64,000 nucleotides of DNA from Tubulanus polymorphus (GCF_964204645.1 NC_134029.1:15990950-16054949); one strand, 5' to 3'. Shown: positions 26,403 to 38,508, numbered from the stretch's first letter. Notes: generated from the sequence alone by a model not told the origin. Numbers and translations are program-made.

Positions 26403-27856
26403 ATGGATGTAGAAGGTGTAGAAGATTATGAAATGTGAGAAATGGGAATTAATAAGGATATATCGATGATGATTATAATGATGCAGGAACTAATATTGAT
26501 AATGATGATGAATCAGCATATAATTCTAATTTAGCAGATAGTGGTTCTAAAGGCCAATCAACAGATGAATTTGATAGAAGAACTAGATCGAGAATAAATC
26601 CTGAAAATGAAAATCCAGATTTGGTAAAACAAAATTTAAAATATAATGACTATATTTATAATTTCAAACCTATATTTGAAAAAGCTGGATATAATATAAA
26701 TGCCAGAGGCGCCAGACTTTTAGTACAAGAATTAAAATCTTTAGATGGTGAATATTATTATCATTTGAAAGATGATTATTATATTGATATCACTTATAAA
26801 AATCAAAACAAAATATTAGCAGGATCAACTTTGGAAAAATTAGAACCAGATAGAATTAAAAGAATAAGTTATAATATTAATGAAATAGAAAATGTAACAC
26901 AAGAAGAAATAAATCAAAATAGAAGAGTATTTAAACAAAGAATTAATGAATTGTTTGAAACAATTGATAATAATTTAGAAACAGAAACAACTTCTGAACA
27001 GAATATAACTTCCAAAACTAGTAAACTTAAATCAAACGAAGTTCAAACTGAAAAACTTTTACCAAATGGATTACTTGATGCAACAAAATAAGAATTAGAA
27101 GATTTAAATATATTTTCTGATAAAGCAATTAGAGAAATTATTAGTATACAAAATGAAGCTGATAAATTTGCGCGTGATAAAAGTATAAGAGATTTTAAAA
27201 TTAGAACTTTAGAAGATGAATTATTTAAATCAAGAAAAGAATCAGAACAATTAAAATTAGATAGAGATGATAAAGTTATTGAAGAAATTGAATTTAAAAA
27301 AAGAAATGCATATTTAGAAAAAGAAATTGATAATTTAAAATATAATATAGAATTACAGAAAGAAGAAAGAGGTATATTATTAAAATCATATGATTATTGT
27401 ATTAATAGATTAAAAGTTGTTGTAAAAGATTTAATAATTAAACCAAATTCTGAAATATCATTGAAAGATAGAATAAAGTTATTATTTAAATTAGAAGGAA
27501 TAACAATTCTTTCAATTCTAACAGCTGTAACTATGGTATTTACAACAATAGGTTTAGCTATATCAAATTCACTGAAATCTACTCCTACTCCCAATAAACC
27601 AGATAAACCCCCAAATGATAATAATTCTGTACAAGATAAAGTTAAGGATGGTTTAAAGAAATTAGCAAAATATTTATGGGAACTATCTAAAAAATCTGCT
27701 GCAGCATTACCCGGAGTTATTGCATCAATTGTTGGTTTTATATTGAAATCTGCTGGGAATATTCTTAACTTTGCTGCTGAACATATTATTTTATTTTTAA
27801 TTACAGTTGTAAGTGCAATTATTTTTGGGTTAGTGAATATGATAATAAATAAATAA
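26403..27856 (+). pseudogene. Coiled-coil / transmembrane viral protein, copy B
   Basis: Fragments 26621-27091 and 27461-27856 are homologous to copy A 6723-8179. Confidence 0.7.
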
Positions 27857-27876
27857 TTAATTTTTTTGTTAAATAA

Positions 27877-29119
27877 ATGAGTGGGAGTTATATAAATCCT
27901 TCTAAGAATCATAGAATATCTAATGCTATTAAAGCAGAAAGATCACATCATATAATTACACACAATCCTTCTAATAGTATTCCTGATGAAACTTTATATG
28001 TTAGAATTCCTCGATTAACACAAAATACTTTTTATGTTCCAAATAGTATTTATTTATCAGCTGATATAAAAGTAACTGGTAATAGTAATAATTATGTTGT
28101 TGATAATGTTGGGAGATATTTGATTAAAAAATTAGCTGTAAAGATTGGGCCAGAAACCGTTTTCTCATTAGATAATTATGATTTATTTATGCATTACAAA
28201 GATTTATGGTTAACAAAAGAAAATAGAAATATTATGAAATTTCAAGGCATCCAATCAGAAAACCAAAATAAATTAAGATCAGAAGCCAATAATGCAGTAG
28301 TAACTAATGCTGTAGATAACTTAATAAAAAAGATTTATGGAAGCAGATATAAAATTCCATTAGGTTTTGAATTGATAAATAATAATGCGCCTTTATATAA
28401 ATACGCAATTCAAGAAGATATTATATTCGAAATAACATTTGCTCCTGTAAATGAAATTGTCTTATCTAGCGATAATGAAGATATGGGTTATAAATTATCG
28501 AATATATGTTTAGAATATGATACAGTAACTGATGAAAATATTGCTAGCATAATTCAAACTCAATACAACCAAGGATTTTCATTATTATATGATTATATTA
28601 TAAAATTTAAAACTGTAACTATTAATGCAAATGATGAAATAATTAATGAGAATATTAACTACCCAAGAAGATCTATTAAAGGTATATTAATAGTTTTTAC
28701 CATTGCAACATATTCTAATGGCGCAATAAAAGTTGATAATCATTATAATCCTGAAATATCAAAAGTAGATATAACTATCGAAGGAATAGCAAATAAAATA
28801 TTTTGTAATGAGAATGATAGATCAGTGGTCAGAAATTAGAAAACATTTTATGAATGAAAAAGTAAAATCATTTTAAAATTGTAATATTAATCAAATTGAT
28901 TATTACACCGGTAATAAATATGCATTATGGTTAGATTTTAGAACAACAGAGGATAATTCATTACATGGTTCTGGGAAAAAACTACAAAATACAAAAGATG
29001 GAATACAATTATTCATGAAAAAGAAAAAAGGAGGCAAAAATTTCAAAATGCGCGTTTATATTATATCTGACGCGCAATTAAATATTGTAAATTCACAATT
29101 AGATAGTATTATGTTGTAG
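27877..29119 (+). pseudogene. Putative major capsid protein, copy B (frameshift ~28805, stop ~28873)
   Basis: ORF 27877-28839 plus a continuation matching the C-terminus of 5599-6594 (YALWLDFRTTEDNSLHGSG). Confidence 0.72.
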
Positions 29120-29168
29120 GTGTTATGAAATATTAAAATTTTAACTTTAGTAAAAATTTATATAATAA

Positions 29169-30011
29169 ATGGAAGGAGGTAAAGTATATAAACATATTCC
29201 ATACATCGATACACATGAAAATAATGATGGCTTATATTATGTAATACCTTGTAATATAGCTTTGATATTTGATCCTATTTTCAAAATTTATAAAACTAAA
29301 CTAATAGAAATCGATAATAATAAAAGTGGTGTTGTTGATAATTTAAGTAATGTAATTGATAATAATGTAATACCTTCTACATCTAATAATGTAATACCTT
29401 CTACATCTAATAATGTAATACCTTCTACATCTAATAATGTAATACCTTCTACATCTAATAATGTAATATCTTCTACATCTAATAATGAAATAATGCTAAA
29501 TTATGGTAAAAATAGAAATTATTGTGGATATTGTAATGGTGAGTTTTCAAACGCTCCATCAAATTGGAATAAACATATGAATACAAAGGCACATATTACT
29601 AATGTTATAGAACGTGTTGGTTTAAGAGAATTTATAGAACACCCACTTATATATGTTACAAAGTTTGTTTCAAATAAAAAAGTAAATGGTAAAGAATTAT
29701 ATGAAGATTTATTATTAGCAACACCTAATGAAGATGAATTAGATTTAACCGATGCTAATAAAATATTAGGATCAAACATTGTAAATGAAATATTAGGAGC
29801 AAACACTAAGAAAGATGATAATGAAAATATAGTTACAGGAAAGCATATTGATAATCAAGATTCTATGAAACATAAAGTAGAAAATAATGATAAATTTGAT
29901 TGGATGAATAAGCATAACAATGAAACAACTAATGATGAAGATACGGTAGAGCATTTGAATGAATTGTATAGGTCTTATAGGTCTTATGACAAAATAGAGA
30001 CTGATGACTAA
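29169..30011 (+). CDS. Viral hypothetical protein with 5x NNVIPSTS repeat and a C2H2 (U1-like) finger
   Basis: 24-bp tandem repeat at 29361-29486; YCGYC...WNKHMNTKAH. Confidence 0.7.
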   Translation: MEGGKVYKHIPYIDTHENNDGLYYVIPCNIALIFDPIFKIYKTKLIEIDNNKSGVVDNLSNVIDNNVIPSTSNNVIPSTSNNVIPSTSNNVIPSTSNNVISSTSNNEIMLNYGKNRNYCGYCNGEFSNAPSNWNKHMNTKAHITNVIERVGLREFIEHPLIYVTKFVSNKKVNGKELYEDLLLATPNEDELDLTDANKILGSNIVNEILGANTKKDDNENIVTGKHIDNQDSMKHKVENNDKFDWMNKHNNETTNDEDTVEHLNELYRSYRSYDKIETDD

Positions 30012-30200
30012 AAAGAGCCTGATTATGAAAGTGATTGAAGTCCTAATTATTATCTCAAATAATAATATTGGTTGAAAATTGTATAAAATAATAGTTAATA
30101 AAAAAGGGTTTCAGGTATTAGGGTATCTAATAGGGTATCTAATACATAGGTAGGTATCAGGTATTAGGGTATCTAATACATAGGTATATAAATAGTTATT

Positions 30201-30808
30201 TTATAAACTTATATTCATATGGAAATTGGAGCCTCAGATGTAATTTTGAACCTTTATTATTCTTTAATTTATTCATATATTCATCATGTATTTCAGTAGG
30301 TATAATTTGATTTTCTTCCAATGATTGTTGCATAGATTTTCTATCTTTATTGTAGAATAAAACTAGAAATCTTATATTCTCCCTAAAGTCTTTAACGATT
30401 GAATTATATTTTTGATTTAAAACCCATGTTGTTATCCCAAAATGTCTCCCAGAGAAAGCTAGATAACATAACTCACTTTCTCTAACTTTTGAATCATGTA
30501 AATTTGCGCAATCATCTATAATGAATAATGTATTTGATCCATTATAAGTATCAATTGCTATTTTAATACATTTATCTAAATTTTCTTTTACTGTTTTAGG
30601 ATCTAATATAATAAACTTTTTTTATCTTAACGATTTCTCTATTATATGTTTTATTCATTTCATAAGTAGGGCAAAATAATATTATATTATCAAAATGATT
30701 CTTATAAATAGTTTCTAACAAATTTAATATGAAATGTGTTTTACCACAGTTTGTTACCCCAGTTATTAACATATTATGCGGTTCAAATATAAATAAATCT
30801 TTATTCAT
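30201..30808 (-). pseudogene. A32-like DNA packaging ATPase (frameshift ~30620)
   Basis: Walker A GVTNCGKT, Walker B LFIIDD, and SGRHFGITTWVLNQKY. Confidence 0.9.
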
Positions 30809-31891
30809 TTATTCTTTTAATTTTACTAGATAAAATCCATTCATTAAATTTATCATCGTATCCTTTATATTTCACCAAAGAATACCTTTTTCCTTTAAGA
30901 GTTTTTGTTTTCAATACTTTTTCTATTTTGTATTCTATTTCATCTGGGTTTGGTACAAGTGATAATTCTTGTTCATAGAAATAACTTAATATTTCTTCAT
31001 CTTTTAGATCATCTAGTTTATAAACAAATGGTTTAGTTAATATTATCTTTTTAATCTTGAATATTTCTTCTGTAAAATTAGGGGTATAACCTTTATAAAA
31101 TGTTTTTCTATATTTAGATATTCTGACATGTTGCCCAATTTTAAACTTAGGTTCTCCGAAATCATGTGTAACAAATGCTTCATATAAATTATTCCAAACT
31201 ATTTCTGAATTATCTTCTTTTCTAGCTTGTATAGGTTTCATATTTATAGAACTCTGTTTAGAATTATTATAACCTTTCACTAAATCATCTAATACATCGA
31301 TATATTTATATGTTTCATTAGCAGTAAAATATTTCCACATTCTAGTTTTCAATGTTTTATTAAATCTTTCTATAATAGATGCTTTTTTATCTGAATGTGT
31401 TGAAAATATTCTACATCGTTATCAGATAATAGTTTTTTTAAATTTTTATTATAAAGTTCCTTACCTTCATCAAATTGTATCTTATCTGGAATAGCTTCTT
31501 TAAATATTGATTTAAAAGCATTTGTCACTTCTATACCAGTTTTATTTTTGATTGGAATTGACCATGCGTATCTACTGAATATGTCTATAACATTCAATAT
31601 CCAGAAATATCCTTTGTTGTGTTCTTCTAAGTATTTCATGTCAATTAAATCTGCTTGCCATTGTTGATCGATATATGAAACCATAACTTTTCTTGTTAAA
31701 TAAGTTTTATCCATTTTCTTGTGGATTTGATATGTTGGTTGATTTTGTAACCATGATTTTAATTCACTATATTTTATATGACCATTTTCTTTATCAGATT
31801 TAATTTTATCCCATAATTCTGTAACGCTAGAATATGATACTTCACTTTCTGGGTTATAATATAACTCTCTTAAATATTGTTCTTTTTTCAT
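30801..31891 (-). pseudogene. Retroviral-like (rve) integrase with C-terminal chromodomain (frameshift ~31400)
   Basis: WQADLIDM, VIDIFSRYAW, FDEGKE, IERFIKTLK, and YKIEKVLK...VKYKGYDDKFNEWI. Confidence 0.92.
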
Positions 31892-31897
31892 CTTATT

Positions 31898-32895
31898 TTA
31901 ATCCATTAATAATAATTTAGATTTAGTTTCAATGACTTTATGATTTGATTTTTTTTCTGGTGTAATAGGTTTATTATCATTGGAATCATTATTATTTGAT
32001 TTGAATTTAGATTTATATATTACACCAGAGAATATAATAACTGTTACTAATCCAATTGTAATATATAAGTAATTATTACTTCCAACATTAGAAGAATTAG
32101 ATGGATTATTATTTGAATCAATATCAGATAAAGTCTGTGACTCATTTATATCAGTTAATTTCTTTTTCTTAGCTTTTTTTTTAATTCTGCAGATCTTTTT
32201 TCCAACTCCTTTGCCCACTGTACTTGTTTTTCAGATCTAGCATTTTCCTTAACGTCACTGTGTGGGTGCCGTACGGCAATACCATCACTCATTTATTTTA
32301 GTTAATTTTTGTTCTGGTTCATTTTCTGTTTCGCCGTTTGGTTGTAGTACGGCGCCATCTGTTTCGTTCTTACCTGATTTATATTCCATCGGTTTGATAT
32401 TCGAAAATGTTATGATACCAGTAGAAATTAATGTCATAACCGATCCTAATTGAAATGAAGCATATCCAACCCATTTTTGTAATTCAGTCATAACTAAATA
32501 GTCATTTTTCAAATCACTATATAATTTATTTTCATCATCAATTGACATTAATCGGTTACATACCTTAGAGTAACATTTGACAATACTATCTGAAATAGAA
32601 TCATTTATTCGAGCCAATCTTGCCTCTTCATAAATCTTAAAATATTTTATTACTTTATCGGGTTTCATAGAGTCTAGTTCTTGAAAAGTTATTATTTTTC
32701 CCAAGAAATCTTTAGATTTCCCTCCAGCAATTAATAATTCAAGATGGTGTTTACAATATAAGTAGTATAATCAATATTACAATTTACTTGAATATTATTT
32801 TCAATTTTGGTCGGAATATCCTTATTATCACTAATACCTAAATCATCTAATGTTTTTTCAATATCGGTATTATTCTTACTCGATTTCTTTGACAT
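31898..32895 (-). pseudogene. Two small viral genes with TM segments (31898-32292 and 32285-32895), frameshifted
   Basis: TAAATG starts; homologous to 42678-42926 and 42874-43390. Confidence 0.65.
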
Positions 32896-33538
32896 TTATA
32901 TTAGTGAAAAAAGCGAAAAAAATATTATAAGTATTATAAAATGATATTAGCATCTCTTTGGGTTAATACTAGCTTAGTTAAGTTAAAGAATTCTAGTATT
33001 AGTTATTGTTTTTTTTAGTATTTTTTATTTGTGATATAAAGTATTCCCTTTTTGAAAAGAAATAATAGATTTTTGAAAAAATATAATAGAATTCACTAGC
33101 TAGTTGAAGTTATTGTTTTTTTAATAATCTTTATTTAAATTAGGATTTAATATCTCACTACTATTGTCTATCTATGGGAGCGGTAACTATAACTGTCCAG
33201 ATAAGTCATTTCGGATCCTTGATATCAAATCTAGTTAATAATTATTGTTTTACTTGAATGTTGTATTACAGACGTTAATTATTACGTTGAAGATGGCAGC
33301 ACTGAGTGTGATACTGAAATGAAAATTTGAATTCAATATTCAATTAACATGGATAATTGATTACTAATTTAAAGATTAGATCATAATTAAGTTAAAAATC
33401 CATAATTCATTTATCAGTTTTCATTCCTATATTCTTTTCATTCGGAATAATTTATAATTTCAAATAACGTAAACACCGTTTATATTTACTTAGGTGTTTT
33501 AGCTAAGTATATAAGGCAATTCATTCCACCACTGGAGT

Positions 33539-33727
33539 GCCGCCGGGCCTGGCTTGCAGGGGCATTTCGAAAATGCACCTTCGTCCACCCTCCGTGGTTC
33601 TCCTTCAGTTTCGACTTTCGATCCTCCTTTCGGGGGTAAGGGGTTTATAGGAAATGCATTAGGCGCCTTAAATATAATGTGTTTCCTGTCAACCATTGAA
33701 GGAGAATTGGTGAGGTCGGGTGGTTTT
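33539..33727 (+). ncRNA. Candidate structured non-coding RNA inside the Polinton
   Basis: GC-rich island; nested helices 33585-33590/33718-33723, 33596-33609/33695-33708 and 33642-33661/33675-33694 with at least 6 G-U pairs only on the plus strand; TATATAA at 33508; TTTT at 33724. Confidence 0.55.
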
Positions 33728-33823
33728 GCTAAAACTTACATTAAAAACACTGAAATATTCCTTTTAATCACGAGAATCCTGTGTGTATCCTGTGTCTATG
33801 TACTGAGTTCTTATTATAAACGC

Positions 33824-34480
33824 TTAAGATTCAACGTATTTTTCATTATTTGGATCACTATTCCATAATTCAACAAATGTCTTTGCTTTAACCAGTTGAT
33901 CTAAATATAACTGTAAATCTAGTTTATGAGATTTAATTATGTTTTCCTTCTTTTCTAAAGGTCTTAAATTTCTCCAGCTCCATATTAGCTTCTTATTATA
34001 ATCATCACTCATGTCAAATTTAGAAATCGGCAACACATGATCAATATGAAAGTATTCACCATAATTATCTATATTCATTTTATCGTCGAATTGATATATT
34101 ATCCATGATTTTAAGAATTCATCTGAACAACCCAACAAATTAGATAGTGTTTTTGAATGTGTTTCTTTGTTGAATAATTGTGTTAATCTAGATCATAAGC
34201 ATTGTTTCAATCTAAAATTAAGATCTGTTTTATATCTTTCTCTCATATATTCTGTCATATAATCATTATAAGCTTCCCTATTATCTTCTCGATATTGTTT
34301 GGCATATAGTTCAATACAAGTTTTACAGCAATATTGAAAACCATCTTTGCTAATCTTACGCTTATTAAATTCTGTTATAGCTAATTTACCTAATTCACAT
34401 TTAGAACACTTCTTGTAGTATATGTTTATAACGCCGGTGTTATTTGTAATATTGATAGTTTGTGGTTGTTCTGGTTCCAT
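33824..34480 (-). pseudogene. NCLDV-type HNH (endonuclease VII-like) nuclease with N-terminal Cys4 zinc ribbon; one in-frame TGA at 34193
   Basis: KKCSKC...DGFQYCCKTC, then LGCS...NYG...FHIDHVLP...NLRPL...EN..K; the two track ORFs share a frame. Confidence 0.8.
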
Positions 34481-36298
34481 TTTAATATCAATTTTTTTTA
34501 CTAAATTGATTTTAGTTATTCATTTACATGTTATTCATGTATTATATATATGAATTATTATATATTATTATATCAATTTATATGTTATTCATATATATTT
34601 TATTCATGTATATAAATATTTTAAGAGTAATAGGGGTAATGGGCTTTCAGATTAAAGGTTGAAAGGGCGAGTGAGTAAAAAATGAAAAAATATGAAAATA
34701 ACAATAATTTCTATTTGAATTAGGCGGTTCCTGAACTTCGCTGAAAAAGCTGAATCACTGAAACGCTGAAACGCTGAAATAAAAACGCTGAAATTTCAGG
34801 GAATTTCCGAAAAACGCCGAAATTTCAGGGAATTCCCGAAAAACGCTGAAATCGTGCTAGGTACCAACAATACACGTTTTGAAATATTTTCCGGGCCGGT
34901 GTCCGCTGCCGAGTCCTGAACCGTGTTTTAGTCTCTACCTTCGGTTACAGAGACATGCATGGACAGTATGTGTGGAGTATACTTCTAGAGGGCCACTTGT
35001 TGGACAAATTAATTCGCTTGAAATCCGGATTTTTAATGCATACAGGCAGCATAATGAGGAAAACCCATTCACAAACCGTGCAAGCTACCTTAAACACTAT
35101 GCTCAATATTCCCTGCAAGACGCAAAATATCTTATTTGAACGTTCATGTATAAAACATGGAGCAACTTTTCTTTTGTCAACACGTTGATGGGCGACGAAC
35201 TATGTCACTATGGTATTCTCTGAAGGAGGTAAATTAAATTTGACAGCTAGTTATATAAATGATGCAGCTTTTGGACAAAAGGGATCTAACTAAATTTCTT
35301 TTTAATTCACTGTGGAATGGAATGGAATGGAATGGATTGACGCCAATGGCATGCAGTAGGCCCCTACATATGGGTCATACTGATTAGCGTCAACCAATTA
35401 ATCTAAATCGGGCTAAGCATTCAACAACTGTGAATAATTTATTTGCTGTGGCGTGATAATAATTAGTTTTTTTGAAGAAATGACATACCAACTGTTAGAA
35501 AAATGTACCGATTCTTATTTTTAGACTACTACTGAATCTATAAAAGGAGGAGTCATAGACAAAGTTGATTTGCTTAGCTGGTGACACTTCTTGTCAAGTA
35601 CATCATCTCAAGTACTGGGTGTTTTGTAAGTTTAATTTCAGTATTTATTTACTAAGTGCTGTTCTCTCGGACCTCAGTGCTTTCAAACTAGGCCCACCCC
35701 ATAGGCTATATAGTCCAGGGTGCATTAGCCACTATTCTTTTATATCCGACTAAAATGCACCTTTTTCTATTTTTAGATTCAGGCTTAGAATGTGCAAATT
35801 TTTTGAGATACTGAGAAATCAGATGGCACCAGTAAACTTCAACTGCGAAATTTGCAGCAGGATAGCTGAACGACACAATTTTTGAAAATAAAATGGCTAT
35901 TCGAATGCTATTTCAATAATAACTTGATTCAACCAGAGAGAAATAAGTCAATTGCGGATGTACAGTACACCCACTTTTCTTCCCTGTTTCCTGGTACCAA
36001 ATTTTTAGTCTTAAGCTAAGCGATATTCTAAGGTATACTAGTGGATTTCATTAGAATATGAAGCAATGGAACCAGAATTCTAGCCAGAGTTAAGCGAACT
36101 ATTGATTCTGATATAATGTAAGAACTGATTTCCTTTGTATACTCTTGCAGAATGTGTTATGTTTTATTTCAAGCTGTTAAATAATATAGTTAGACAAATG
36201 TCCAATTGATCTTAGGAAGAGAGTTCAAATATCCGAATAACCATAGAAGCGATAACATTAAAAACCTCATTTTCTAATGAGTAAATACAGTTTATTAA

Positions 36299-36335
36299 CA
36301 CGAACGTTTTCGGGATCATATCCCCTCATCAGGTG
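36299..36335 (-). ncRNA. Minimal type I hammerhead ribozyme in the Penelope pLTR
   Basis: Reverse complement of 38509-38545. Confidence 0.8.
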
Positions 36336-36448
36336 AAATACAAGTGAATCAAATGATTAAACTACAGGTTTATATACAACATAAGTTACAAAATTACAAG
36401 TGCTAAATTCTAAGCTAATTACAAACCAAGTATTTAATTACAAACTAA

Positions 36449-37557
36449 TTATTTGAATACATTTAGGATAAAGGATGAGCCGTTTTGAAATAATTGTTGA
36501 TTTAAAGAGGGTCGTTGCGCTTTAATAAACAGGGCCTCCCTAATTTTACAGTCGAGATCAGATGAACCTTTGTCTAGAATTTTGAATTTGTTGTTACTGA
36601 ATTCCTGATCACAAGTGTGACAAATTGCGAGATGTTGTCCAATCGCAGAAGTCTTTGATCTGTGTTCCTTAATCCTGATGGCCAAATGTCGTTTAGTTTT
36701 CCCAATATAGGAAGTGTTTATATCACATAAACAATTAAATTTATATATGACTTTAGCCTTCAGCGATTTAGGGGTAGCACATTTCAAAGAGAAAAAATTC
36801 TTAATTTTGGTCGTAGTGAATGCACATTTCAAGTTGATTTCAAAATTCCTTTTAAATAGATATTTTAATTTTCGGGCAAATAGGATTGACGGGTTACCAA
36901 TATACGGTAATGAAATGAATAGATCAATTCCATCTTCAACAGGTTTCGGTTGAGGTTCTGAGTTCTGTTTTGATTTCAAAAATCTATTAATACATTGATC
37001 GATGACATGAATAGGAAACGCATTAGATTTAAACAGATTTTTCAAGAAATTGATTTCTTCTGAAAAGATGGTCCAATCACTGCAAATATTGTAGGCACGA
37101 AAAAGCATGGTATTGATGAGTCCTATTTTCCATTTATACGGACACATGGCGTTGAAGTTCAAAAGTAGGCCTGTGTTGGAAGCTTTCCTGTACACTCGAG
37201 ATATAAAGTCACTACCGGTTTCTAACGGAATTTGTATTTCGGTATCGAGAAAAGGTAATAGATTAGGACCTAGTTCAAAAGTGAATTTAAGGTTAGAATG
37301 GAGGCGATTCAATTCTTCAAAAAATAGTCTATAACTGGATACATTTCGAAATATGCCGAAAATATCGTCCACGTATCTCAGGTATAATGTCGGTTTGTAA
37401 TTAGTTTTGGAGAGGAGCAAGTTTTCAAAATGGGCAAGACAAAAGTTCGCTAAGGTTGGGCCTAAGGGGCTGCCCATGGTGACCCCATCAACTTGCTTGA
37501 AAATACGATCATTGTACATAAACAAACCCGAAGTTGCGATTTTAAGTAATTCCTTAA
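36449..37557 (-). CDS. Penelope RT (C-terminal half) plus GIY-YIG endonuclease, 5'-truncated
   Basis: GVTMGSPLGP, LRYVDD, PFLD, VYRK; VIY...YIGKTKRHLAIRIKEH...EALFI...LN. Confidence 0.92.
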
Positions 37558-38395
37558 ATTCACTTTTGAACTAGGTCCTAATCTATTACCTTTTCTCGAT
37601 ACCGAAATACAAATTCCGTTAGAAACCGGTAGTGACTTTATATCTCGAGTGTACAGGAAAGCTTCCAACACAGGCCTACTTTTGAACTTCAACGCCATGT
37701 GTCCGTATAAATGGAAAATAGGACTCATCAATACCATGCTTTTTCGTGCCTACAATATTTGCAGTGATTGGACCATCTTTTCAGAAGAAATCAATTTCTT
37801 GAAAAATCTGTTTAAATCTAATGCGTTTCCTATTCATGTCATCGATCAATGTATTAATAGATTTTTGAAATCAAAACAGAACTCAGAACCTCAACCGAAA
37901 CCTGTTGAAGATGGAATTGATCTATTCATTTCATTACCGTATATTGGTAACCCGTCAATCCTATTTGCCCGAAAATTAAAATATCTATTTAAAAGGAATT
38001 TTGAAATCAACTTGAAATGTGCATTCACTACGACCAAAATTAAGAATTTTTTCTCTTTGAAATGTGCTACCCCTAAATCGCTGAAGGCTAAAGTCATATA
38101 TAAATTTAATTGTTTATGTGATATAAACACTTCCTATATTGGGAAAACTAAACGACATTTGGCCATCAGGATTAAGGAACACAGATCAAAGACTTCTGCG
38201 ATTGGACAACATCTCGCAATTTGTCACACTTGTGATCAGGAATTCAGTAACAACAAATTCAAAATTCTAGACAAAGGTTCATCTGATCTCGACTGTAAAA
38301 TTAGGGAGGCCCTGTTTATTAAAGCGCAACGACCCTCTTTAAATCAACAATTATTTCAAAACGGCTCATCCTTTATCCTAAATGTATTCAAATAA
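37552..38395 (+). CDS. Inverted duplicate of the Penelope thumb and GIY-YIG region
   Basis: Protein identical to the C-terminal part of the minus-strand copy. Confidence 0.88.
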
Positions 38396-38508
38396 TTAGT
38401 TTGTAATTAAATACTTGGTTTGTAATTAGCTTAGAATTTAGCACTTGTAATTTTGTAACTTATGTTGTATATAAACCTGTAGTTTAATCATTTGATTCAC
38501 TTGTATTT

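Larger units (their letters stand above)
9395..34720 (+). mobile_element. Polinton/adintovirus-like endogenous virus, copy B (left-truncated, interrupted by Gypsy)
   Basis: PolB, penton-like, MCP-like, ATPase, rve integrase and HNH genes in a compact array; many stops and frameshifts; TIRs not identified. Confidence 0.92.

Noticed and set aside
27394-27912. Antisense ORFs (also 7231, 14020, 16412, 24736, 29519, 36714, 44851)
   Set aside because: Shadows of real genes on the opposite strand.
33176-33205. Similarity to the LSU rRNA I-CeuI site (gtaactataactgtcc)
   Set aside because: Only ~15 nt match with no flanking rRNA similarity; likely chance, though it lies near the HNH gene.
33499-33868. 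ORFs 33499-33696 (-) and 33554-33868 (+)
   Set aside because: By-products of the GC-rich structured island; no TAAATG start or recognisable motif.
33500-34480. Group I intron with homing endonuclease
   Set aside because: No P7 R/S core motifs found, no interrupted exon, and the structure favours the strand opposite the HNH ORF.
34500-34720. Polinton terminal inverted repeat
   Set aside because: Shares only gggctttcagat with ~42459; no matching opposite TIR, AG-repeat terminus or 6-bp TSD found.
35313-35337. (GGAAT)n tract
   Set aside because: Only 4-5 units; an ordinary microsatellite.
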